A stretch of 64,000 nt of DNA from a virus. This document shows, one piece after another, positions 55,928 through 63,818 of the stretch; the first letter of the stretch is position 1; the number at the start of each line of letters is the position of its first letter. Position numbers and translations under genes: made by a program. The notes under the pieces were generated by a model. That model did no database searches, had not been told where the DNA came from, and saw only the letters and a list, made by a program, of their open reading frames with translations. The stretch lies in IMG/VR virus record IMGVR_UViG_3300006903_000012, one strand, 5' to 3'.

Positions 55928-58737
55928 TGATTAATAACCAAGTCAGCTACAAGTAACGGAGCCTTAAAACTATCTGTCCGAATAGTTGTACTTCTAACTT
56001 CTACTTTACCATTAATAATCGGTACAATCTCATGCTCATCATTGTATCCAAAATTATTAATTTTATAAGAATATAAAATAGATTCTCTAGGGACATTAAC
56101 TATAAACATTAACTTTCCTTCAGAAAAATCATGTGCTACCTCATAAGTATCTGACCAATGACCGACAGTATCTACATCAGCTAATTTTATACTTCCATTA
56201 GCAATTCTTGTAATTAATTCATCAGGAACATCTAAACCTCTATGAAGCACAACAGAGTTCTCTGGTAATGTCAGTTGTGCTGCAGCCCACATCATATCGA
56301 GACCTGGATCATTTTTTCCGGCTGTCCAAGATTTTACTCTAGATGCTAGCTCGTCGGCACTCCCCTTTTTACCATCATAAAATCTTTCTATACTGACAAA
56401 TGCAGATAGTACTGATCTATTATAGGGAGTGTTTAAAATACGATCTTTATCTGAAAAAGTAATTCCCAAATCCTCAAACCTTTTTCTGTCATCATATACA
56501 TAGTTACCCACTTTATATCCCTGCCCCACAGTATTTCTTACTGCTTTAACTCCGCCAGCCTTTTTCACAATACCAATCATTTTTCTGGCACGTTCCAACG
56601 ATTTGTTTTTAGCAATTCCACTTGGTCGCCCATGTGTTAACTGATTGTGTCTACCGGGTAAATGCTTCTTAATCTCTTCTCGCAACTTCTCTTTAGCAAG
56701 ATAATGCTTAACGACTTCATCAAGTCTAGAATCTTGCTCCAATATCTGATCTGTAGTAAAAGATTCTAACTTGCCATATCCATCATCTAATAATAGCTTT
56801 CCCTTATAACCAGCAGACTGTAAACTGGTAGCTAAACTTAAGACATCGCCTTTAGGCGGCAAATCAGATCGAATATCAAAAAGAGACATTCCGGGCTTAA
56901 ATTTCTCAGTTGAATAAATATAAATACCAGCAGATGATAATGCTATCCGCATGGCTATCATTCGACTACTGTCAGTCTGCCGCAACAAGTTTTTAGCCAG
57001 AACAATATGCTCAACTGAAGACCTGCCGGACGGAGCAAAGACCAACCGATCTTCAGTTGGCAAGTATAAACCGACGACACTGGACGAGTCGTCTTCTTCA
57101 GAATTCTCAACCTCTGACAGAACTTTATATGCCTTTGCTAATTCGTTTTTATTGGACGCTACAATATCATCCCCAGCATGAGATTGTTGATCGTGTAACC
57201 CTGCTAAATGTTTTATTTCCTGCACTTCACGGTACACTCGATCACCCGCATCAATTTGATTACGCAGTTTCGCAATTGTGAAAGCATCACGCGATTGGAG
57301 AGCCATCTTTAGTTTATCTTCCAATGAGCGTCGGCGAGATATCCAAGCCTTATGAGCACCAGAAGATGTGCCATATTTTTCAATTAGAGATTTTTCTCCA
57401 ATTGTCGTAGAATAATCGTCTTCTTCATTATTAATATCTTGAATATATACCTTCATTGATTTTGGTAAACCAAAATACTCAAGACCAGATAAAGCCGATT
57501 TTAAATTACGATACGCATCATCACTTCTAGTACTACCTAAATGATCTGAGAGCGAACTGACTACCAACTTTTCATCTGAACCTTTTACAAGCCTAAGACG
57601 AACAGATTTATCGAACTCATCAGAAGAGAGACCAATATCTGCAGCAAGATCGGCATGCATTGAAATTTTATTTTTAGTTCCTTGTATTGCTGGTTTTGCA
57701 TACCATTTCTTACCAACTTTCAGTAACAATAAGTTTGATCTCCAGAAACTATCATTTTGATAACTATCTTTCAACAAATTAGAGTAATAAATTGTCCCAT
57801 CTTTAGATTTATGTTTCTCAGCCAATGATGTAGCAATACTACTACCATCATTACCACCATGAGTTTTCTGATTATGTTTCCCCGGTTGATGCTTCTCAAA
57901 CACTATCGGATTCTCATTCTCATCAAATCCCAGCGCGATTCTAATTTGCTCAGCTAATTCGGCGGCAGCATCTTTCTTTTTCTTATCTTGGTCGGCACTG
58001 ATTATTTCGACAGGGCTAATAGGTTGGGGATATTCAGCAGCAAAATCGGGCAGATACTTGATACTCAATATCGCATCTTGTAATCTTTTGACTGCCAAAG
58101 ATTTGACCGTCGTCGTAACGACTCGGCCTGAATGCAAATCAATTTTAACAGGAGTCTCGGCAGGTATTCCAATTTGATAAAGTTTATCTAGCGCCCAATA
58201 AACTTTCTTAACTCTCGGCTCATCATCAGCTGGACCAACTATTCCTGTGCCTGAGCGATCTATAGTTATTTGACCTTTCTGATATCTAAACCGAATGCTT
58301 GTATCAAACAAATGCCTAATATCCGCATTAGCAGTTATATCAGCGTGAACAGCATCAGAATCCAGTGTTGCATAAACATTGCCGTTAGGAGTAACAATAG
58401 CTGTTACCTTTTCGTTGTCTATTTCATCATCTTGAAGATCTTTTGTAAAATCTGACCAATCATCTACTCGATAGATATTAAATCGTTTAGATCTACCATA
58501 TTTAGTTGCATCATAAATAAGTTCATTAGAACTCGAAATAATATCTTTGCTACTTCCACCCACTTCACCCTTACGACCACTATGTCCAAAGTTTCCAGAA
58601 CCGACGCCACCTTTAACAACAAGATGCCCAACATCTTGGATAATCATTTGTAATCTTTGTCTAGTGTCAAGCATCTTGAAACTCCTAATCGTGCACTGCA
58701 CTTTCCAAAAGAATATCCGAACCGGACTCAGTAACAT
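55924..58737 (-). CDS. Modular 937-aa polyprotein with a C-terminal ADP-ribosyltransferase-like domain; three HDQ motifs and one GSGNFGHSGRKGEVGGS motif
   Basis: The C-terminal ~170 aa carry an R-S-ExE-like triad (VLHRGLD, GHWSDTY, NDEHEIVP). Internal modules repeat. Confidence 0.55.
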   Translation of the reverse strand: MLLSPVRIFFWKVQCTIRSFKMLDTRQRLQMIIQDVGHLVVKGGVGSGNFGHSGRKGEVGGSSKDIISSSNELIYDATKYGRSKRFNIYRVDDWSDFTKDLQDDEIDNEKVTAIVTPNGNVYATLDSDAVHADITANADIRHLFDTSIRFRYQKGQITIDRSGTGIVGPADDEPRVKKVYWALDKLYQIGIPAETPVKIDLHSGRVVTTTVKSLAVKRLQDAILSIKYLPDFAAEYPQPISPVEIISADQDKKKKDAAAELAEQIRIALGFDENENPIVFEKHQPGKHNQKTHGGNDGSSIATSLAEKHKSKDGTIYYSNLLKDSYQNDSFWRSNLLLLKVGKKWYAKPAIQGTKNKISMHADLAADIGLSSDEFDKSVRLRLVKGSDEKLVVSSLSDHLGSTRSDDAYRNLKSALSGLEYFGLPKSMKVYIQDINNEEDDYSTTIGEKSLIEKYGTSSGAHKAWISRRRSLEDKLKMALQSRDAFTIAKLRNQIDAGDRVYREVQEIKHLAGLHDQQSHAGDDIVASNKNELAKAYKVLSEVENSEEDDSSSVVGLYLPTEDRLVFAPSGRSSVEHIVLAKNLLRQTDSSRMIAMRIALSSAGIYIYSTEKFKPGMSLFDIRSDLPPKGDVLSLATSLQSAGYKGKLLLDDGYGKLESFTTDQILEQDSRLDEVVKHYLAKEKLREEIKKHLPGRHNQLTHGRPSGIAKNKSLERARKMIGIVKKAGGVKAVRNTVGQGYKVGNYVYDDRKRFEDLGITFSDKDRILNTPYNRSVLSAFVSIERFYDGKKGSADELASRVKSWTAGKNDPGLDMMWAAAQLTLPENSVVLHRGLDVPDELITRIANGSIKLADVDTVGHWSDTYEVAHDFSEGKLMFIVNVPRESILYSYKINNFGYNDEHEIVPIINGKVEVRSTTIRTDSFKAPLLVADLVINQ

Positions 58738-58894
58738 TAAGTGACGAAAAAGACTTGACCGGATTAGTTAACCCATTACCATCACCAATCCACACTACAA
58801 ATGGCTCGCCCGTTTCAGAATTAACTTCAGGCAGATCTTTTACTAACTCTTTCAGTCTTGCAACTGTTAATGGACTATCAAAATTTAAGATCAT
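58685..58894 (-). CDS. Hypothetical small protein (69 aa)
   Basis: Minus ORF with overlapping junctions to both neighbours. Confidence 0.45.
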   Translation of the reverse strand: MILNFDSPLTVARLKELVKDLPEVNSETGEPFVVWIGDGNGLTNPVKSFSSLNVTESGSDILLESAVHD

Positions 58895-59352
58895 TCTGTA
58901 TGTGCCCGCTTTCTAAAATAAAAGACTGTTCCAGTTGTAGTCTCTTCTTGTACCAACTCGCATTCATCCGGCTGCAAATCGGTTTTCTTCATAAATGCCG
59001 CTGCCATCATTTCAAGATGCGCATACTTTAAAAACATCAGACTATCCCAATGTTTTTGTAAGGGGCTGAGTCCCAAAGTTTGCCGATCAAGATTATCTAT
59101 AAGTCCTTCACCAACTTCATCTAGTACGCTTGGAAGATTATTTGACACAATATCAAATGGAATATCCAAAACTATTCTCTCAGGTATTTTAGCTGTTTGA
59201 ATTAGCTCCGAAAGATCACCAGCTTTACCCGGGTCGGCCTTCAAACCAAAATAACAATTTATTAGATCTTCATTAAGCTTAGTTGTTCGCTCAATAAGAT
59301 CATCTACAACTCTATTGGCTTCTAAACGAATATCATCATTTGATTTCGACAC
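58891..59352 (-). CDS. Hypothetical protein (153 aa)
   Basis: Minus ORF with a 4-nt overlap to the downstream gene. Confidence 0.55.
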   Translation of the reverse strand: MSKSNDDIRLEANRVVDDLIERTTKLNEDLINCYFGLKADPGKAGDLSELIQTAKIPERIVLDIPFDIVSNNLPSVLDEVGEGLIDNLDRQTLGLSPLQKHWDSLMFLKYAHLEMMAAAFMKKTDLQPDECELVQEETTTGTVFYFRKRAHTE

Positions 59353-59725
59353 TGTCTATCACTCCCAATAGCAAAAGAATATTACTAATGCTAGATCGAA
59401 GACGCGACGCTTGAGTCGCAAACGCTTGATATTCTAATTCCATTTGCTGATCCGAGACTTGCGGAACTTTCTCGGCCGCTACTTTCAAAATATAATTCAG
59501 CATCTTCAAAAGCATTACATCTTCACTGTTCGTTCGACCGTACAACAAATTGACTAATGTTTGTCGAATTCTAAAATCGAAATGTGGCGAAGCAAATGTT
59601 GCTACAAAAGTCTTCCAATTTTCTGTCTCAATTATATGCGATTGAAATGTAATTAAATCATCATTATTCCAACTAACAATAATATTTTCAGAGTCTTGAG
59701 CTTTAACGATTTGGAAGTCTTTCAT
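59336..59725 (-). CDS. Hypothetical protein (129 aa)
   Basis: Minus ORF. Confidence 0.55.
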   Translation of the reverse strand: MKDFQIVKAQDSENIIVSWNNDDLITFQSHIIETENWKTFVATFASPHFDFRIRQTLVNLLYGRTNSEDVMLLKMLNYILKVAAEKVPQVSDQQMELEYQAFATQASRLRSSISNILLLLGVIDSVEIK

Positions 59726-59976
59726 TCACTACCACCTTCTTGCTCAATAACTGCATCGGCATTCCCATAAGAATTAAACCATACTTCACGACTATCAGAA
59801 AGTTGTGATTGATACCAGCCGTTCCATCCGGGCCATCTAATTTTCTCATAATCTTTAATGATTGAAACCATAGTTTGCAACTGATAAGACTGTATCGTTT
59901 CCAACGGCGGATCAAGATCAATAATCTTCTCAACCAGATCTAAAACCATCCCATAATCAGCATCAGTTTTAATCAT
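59722..59976 (-). CDS. Hypothetical small protein (84 aa)
   Basis: Minus ORF with a 4-nt overlap to the downstream gene. Confidence 0.5.
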   Translation of the reverse strand: MIKTDADYGMVLDLVEKIIDLDPPLETIQSYQLQTMVSIIKDYEKIRWPGWNGWYQSQLSDSREVWFNSYGNADAVIEQEGGSE

Positions 59977-59977
59977 A

Positions 59978-60358
59978 TTATTTATTGTCTTTCTTTTCTT
60001 CTTCTACTTGTGCAGCATACAGCGTCGGATTCCATTCATGATCGCTCATCTGGTGCATGAGCCGATCCTGGGCAGCCTCTGTTTCAACACGAGCAATAGC
60101 CAAGATCTCAGCACAGACAGCCACCATCAATTTACCATTCGGTGTGGACGGATCAAATGTTTTAGTTTCAGCACGAGTTTCGTAACCAAAAGATGGTGCG
60201 AGCCGTTCATAGGTTTCGTGAAAAAGAATAGCGAGTTTCAAAGCCGCATCATCTACCAACTCAGAGAATGGGTTAGTCATAAGTGTTATCTTTCTTCTTA
60301 TTCGTCTCATCAAGTAATTCACTTGCGTCCGAAAGTTTTGCTTTAATAAAACTTTCAT
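59978..60358 (-). CDS. Hypothetical protein; the likely start is the internal ATG at 60280 (MTNPFSELVDD...)
   Basis: The first 26 codons overlap 60273..60884 out of frame. A start at 60280 would reduce the overlap to 8 nt. Confidence 0.5.
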   Translation of the reverse strand: MKVLLKQNFRTQVNYLMRRIRRKITLMTNPFSELVDDAALKLAILFHETYERLAPSFGYETRAETKTFDPSTPNGKLMVAVCAEILAIARVETEAAQDRLMHQMSDHEWNPTLYAAQVEEEKKDNK

Positions 60359-60884
60359 ACCTAACTGCAGATTCTTTATCTAATCTAAGAAATTCTATAT
60401 CCTTCTCACTTAACCTTAATGGCTCAAAAACCGTTTTATCTTGACTCTTGTCTTCTTTAGCCCAATCCACACCAAAAACAAGTGGTGATGGATTACTCAA
60501 AGTTTTCTCGAAAGCAACTTTGCACATATCTTGAAAAGCAATGTCTAATACCTTTATACACTGAAACATCGTTTCTTCAAATGACCAATGCCCAGACAAA
60601 AATATTCTATAACAATTGCGAATAACTGAGTTACTCTGAGATAGAACTCTTAAATAAAGATGATACTGTTGATAATCTTTTCGAAGACCTTTGTAAAGAT
60701 TTGTCTTTTCGAACTCTCTTCGCTGACGATCTAAGGTTCTCCATTCTTTAATCAGTTCTGCGATTCGATTATCGTCCGGCACGTTATCGTAAAAGAACAA
60801 AACTTGTCTGATCTTATCAATCCTATGCTCAATGGCAGTTAACTGATAAGCAATATCTAAAGTAGTTACAGGTTCATTATTCAT
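60273..60884 (-). CDS. Hypothetical protein (203 aa)
   Basis: Minus ORF. Confidence 0.55.
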   Translation of the reverse strand: MNNEPVTTLDIAYQLTAIEHRIDKIRQVLFFYDNVPDDNRIAELIKEWRTLDRQRREFEKTNLYKGLRKDYQQYHLYLRVLSQSNSVIRNCYRIFLSGHWSFEETMFQCIKVLDIAFQDMCKVAFEKTLSNPSPLVFGVDWAKEDKSQDKTVFEPLRLSEKDIEFLRLDKESAVRYESFIKAKLSDASELLDETNKKKDNTYD

Positions 60885-60983
60885 TTCTTTTCCTCACAAA
60901 CCACTCAACCATCAAGTCACTTATATATCTGATTGCAGCAGATACGATTCCAGACAACGTCACGAATTGAATAGTAATCAGAT

Positions 60984-61220
60984 TTACTCGCCATATTTCT
61001 CAAATAAACATTGTCGAATATAAACTACAGCATCTAGTAGTTCTTGGTAAAGATCAATTAGCGGATCGCGACCGTTATTTGCGTAATGCTCAGTCCCATA
61101 CTTCTTTGCACCAAACTGCTTCCGCTTCGACATATCTTCTAAAACTAACGACCAAAGTTCAACTTTGTGCGCCTGTGATGGATCAACTGGATCTGGTTGT
61201 GGTAAAACAAATCTAGACAT
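60984..61220 (-). CDS. Hypothetical small helical protein (78 aa)
   Basis: Minus ORF. I noted a weak resemblance to small phage nucleotide-pyrophosphohydrolase-like helical proteins (KKYGTEHY...DLYQELLDAVVY), which is not enough for a call. Confidence 0.5.
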   Translation of the reverse strand: MSRFVLPQPDPVDPSQAHKVELWSLVLEDMSKRKQFGAKKYGTEHYANNGRDPLIDLYQELLDAVVYIRQCLFEKYGE

Positions 61221-61222
61221 GA

Positions 61223-61831
61223 TTATTTTCTTTCATTAGACTGACGCAATTTCTCAATTTCTTTTTCTAATTCAGAATTGCGACTAACCATCACCTTCAA
61301 TTGCTGATCGGTCTGCGCATTCTTCTCAGTTAATTGCTGAATCAATCGTTCATTCTGATCGTTCTTTATACTCAAATCTGCGATCACTAACGCGTTGCGG
61401 TGATTACCATCTTCACGTGCCACTTGTTCTTGTTGCAATTTGAGTTCTAGATTAGCGACTTTCTCTTCATACTCAGCTCGTAACCCTTCAATCTTCTTAC
61501 TGTGATCCATTTTGATTGAAGTTACGTCTTTAGCATGTTGGGAAATTAGCATATCCATTTGAGCCATGCAACCAATTGTTTGCTCGCGATATCGACTCAC
61601 TTCGATGCGAAGATTTGCTACTAACTCATTTGATGCCTCAACATTCTTATTCGCTGCGTCAACGTTCTTAGCAGCTGCAGTTAATTCAGCACTAACAGGA
61701 ATTTGATCGATTTGTTTCTGTAGTTTTCGGGCTCGTAAATAAGCTGCCCATAAACCAATAGTAACAGTTGCCAGTGTAATCACATCCCCTAAGCTAAAGC
61801 TAAGAGTCATCTCGTTCGCCTCCGCCACCAT
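61223..61831 (-). CDS. Membrane-anchored coiled-coil protein (202 aa)
   Basis: N-terminal TM segment LGDVITLATVTIGLWAAYL, followed by Glu/Lys/Gln heptad-like sequence. Confidence 0.55.
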   Translation of the reverse strand: MVAEANEMTLSFSLGDVITLATVTIGLWAAYLRARKLQKQIDQIPVSAELTAAAKNVDAANKNVEASNELVANLRIEVSRYREQTIGCMAQMDMLISQHAKDVTSIKMDHSKKIEGLRAEYEEKVANLELKLQQEQVAREDGNHRNALVIADLSIKNDQNERLIQQLTEKNAQTDQQLKVMVSRNSELEKEIEKLRQSNERK

Positions 61832-62079
61832 AACTGAAACAGAATTGAGATGACTTCGATCACTAGAATAGAGACAATCGCTGACCTGACTAAATCCGTT
61901 CGATCAATTAGTGGTGGATTGAAGAGAAAGATCCACGTATATACAGCACATAAGAATAGACGCACGAGTGCCGATAAGACATCAAACAGATCACGCCCTA
62001 GATATTGGAACTTTAGAAACCACAACACGCAAGAAACTGCTGCTAAGACCATAGGAGTCCATGAAGGAATAACGCCCAT
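61807..62079 (-). CDS. Small membrane protein with about 3 TM segments (90 aa), holin-like topology (function not established)
   Basis: Three hydrophobic segments and a basic C-terminus WWRRRTR. Confidence 0.5.
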   Translation of the reverse strand: MGVIPSWTPMVLAAVSCVLWFLKFQYLGRDLFDVLSALVRLFLCAVYTWIFLFNPPLIDRTDLVRSAIVSILVIEVISILFQLWWRRRTR

Positions 62080-62080
62080 C

Positions 62081-62650
62081 TTAATCGGGCATCAATTCTG
62101 AAAGTGGATAAGTTTGAATCTTGCCATCACTCATCTGCACAAAAGCTAGCTCTTCATCACTTTGTAAAGTCGATTTAGCTACTATCGGATCAACATCACT
62201 AAGAAATACACATGACTTTTTCTCACCTGGAATTGAAACTTTATCGCCGCCCTTTAGTTTCTTCTTAGGAATAGTCGGCTCTTCCTCACCTGTCTCAGCT
62301 TTGGGATCCGTCAGCTCATCAATACCTTCGCGCATCTCAGTATCATTGACTTCAGAAGCATCAGTTTCTTTAAGTTCATCGTGCGAATGACCGGTCAATA
62401 GCTCATGCTTCTCTTGAATAGCTTTTTGAATAGCTTCAGCTGTCGCCACCATTGTCTTTTGATCCATTTGCACAACTTGTCGAGCCATTCCAGATGTCTG
62501 AGTTTGGTTCTGCTTATCATCAGGCAGTTGAGATGCTTTTTCAGCTAGCGTTCGCTTATCACTCTTCACTTCAGTCTTTTCAATGGGATCCTGAATCGTC
62601 ACCGTCCCCAACCCAGGCACAAAACTTGTTTTACTCATTACCGTCTCCAA
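62081..62650 (-). CDS. Hypothetical acidic protein (189 aa)
   Basis: Minus ORF. Confidence 0.55.
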   Translation of the reverse strand: METVMSKTSFVPGLGTVTIQDPIEKTEVKSDKRTLAEKASQLPDDKQNQTQTSGMARQVVQMDQKTMVATAEAIQKAIQEKHELLTGHSHDELKETDASEVNDTEMREGIDELTDPKAETGEEEPTIPKKKLKGGDKVSIPGEKKSCVFLSDVDPIVAKSTLQSDEELAFVQMSDGKIQTYPLSELMPD

Positions 62651-62921
62651 CTAAAATTTGTTCCTGCATTCCGCTCTGCAATTCAAATTTAGCTTTTTCT
62701 AAAGCATCAATTACAACCTGCACAGATTCTGGATTTGAAAATTCAAAACACACATTCGGCTCGATCTCATTCAAATCTTTACCGACTACACTCGAATCTT
62801 GCTCACCAACATCATGCGATTCCTTTACAATCTGAAAAGCTATTCCAGTTTTCTTACTCGAAGCACCAAACATTTTGTAGTTCATAACACCAATCTTACC
62901 ATTACCAAATTCTAGAATCAT
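62631..62921 (-). CDS. Hypothetical small protein (96 aa)
   Basis: AAAAGGAG RBS 8 nt upstream of the ATG at 62921. Confidence 0.55.
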   Translation of the reverse strand: MILEFGNGKIGVMNYKMFGASSKKTGIAFQIVKESHDVGEQDSSVVGKDLNEIEPNVCFEFSNPESVQVVIDALEKAKFELQSGMQEQILVGDGNE

Positions 62922-63210
62922 TCTAAGTCTCCTTTTACCTGCTTACACGTACAGGTCGCCGCTTGCTCATTTGAAATAAAGGAGTTCCACCTCCGGCGAT
63001 GCGACTAGTTAGTAATTTAAATATGCAGACAGGCCTTGAGTACCTGCTACGAACGCCAAGCGGCATCTGTTATTGCCGCAGTTAAATCCGCATTATCTGG
63101 GCTGCGTGTCCTTCCACGCCGCTGCATATCTAATTAGATAATATTTACAATTTCCAGTAGACCAAAAATAATTACAACTCCAACAAGTGAAACAACTGCA
63201 TAAGTTATAA

Positions 63211-63402
63211 TCATTTCAAAGCATCCAACATTTTCTGCTGAATCTCTGATTTAGCTTGCTCAAGAGCTGCATCATATTCTTTATCTTGCGGAATAGTAAT
63301 GACTGAACTAACACCTTTGAGCATCGAGATAGCGTCATAAATTCTTTGTGTAGTTTCTGGATCGGCAATAGCCTCTTCAGATAAAGTTACAAGAATTTTC
63401 AT
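63211..63402 (-). CDS. Hypothetical small protein (63 aa)
   Basis: Minus ORF with an ATGA overlap to the upstream mini-ORF. Confidence 0.5.
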   Translation of the reverse strand: MKILVTLSEEAIADPETTQRIYDAISMLKGVSSVITIPQDKEYDAALEQAKSEIQQKMLDALK

Positions 63403-63515
63403 CTATTCTTTCTCCGATGTCGTTCTTCATAAACTGCAACGCCAATAACAATTACACCAAATAGAATCACACCCAAGATACCAACAATCAAAGCAATTTG
63501 CACGATTTGTTCCAT
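63399..63515 (-). CDS. Single-pass membrane mini-protein (38 aa) MEQIVQIALIVGILGVILFGVIVIGVAVYEERHRRKNR
   Basis: Hand-translated (below the track cut-off). It has a hydrophobic core with a basic tail, and an ATGA coupling to 63211..63402. Confidence 0.4.
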   Translation of the reverse strand: MEQIVQIALIVGILGVILFGVIVIGVAVYEERHRRKNR

Positions 63516-63596
63516 AGCTATTCTTTCGAATCTTCTGATTTTCCAGAGTCAACTGCTGATTCTGTCTCTTGCACCTTTTGCAGCTCTTTAATGAGT

Positions 63597-63815
63597 TTAC
63601 TTATTTCCATATTTATATTTCTCAAGTCCTAAACGTTCTACAATATTATTTGCCCACTTTAATTGAGATGCAGTCGGCGGTGAATTATCCCAATGAATCA
63701 AATTATTAGCTAAAAGAATAAATGAAAAATCACTCATTTGTCCAGATTGGACTTTGTCTAATGCTGAGTCTAACATACTAATAATTTGACTATCACTGAA
63801 CTTTCTTTTAGACAC
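63597..63815 (-). CDS. Hypothetical small protein (72 aa); start uncertain
   Basis: The GTG start at 63815 directly abuts a GAGGAG with no spacer, so the true start may differ. Confidence 0.45.
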   Translation of the reverse strand: MSKRKFSDSQIISMLDSALDKVQSGQMSDFSFILLANNLIHWDNSPPTASQLKWANNIVERLGLEKYKYGNK

Positions 63816-63818
63816 TCC

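Noticed and set aside
492-62835. All plus-strand ORFs in the track (for example 492..728, 3726..4019, 13838..14210, 27036..27389, 28724..29068, 35065..35490, 36232..36801, 38353..38757, 40035..40355, 43018..43375, 53759..54211, 60008..60346, 62121..62835)
   Set aside because: Each lies antisense to a longer, motif-bearing minus-strand ORF or inside a structured RNA. They have low-complexity or Ser/Leu/Cys/Phe-rich translations and no RBS that I could see, and they would break an otherwise perfectly unidirectional operon layout.
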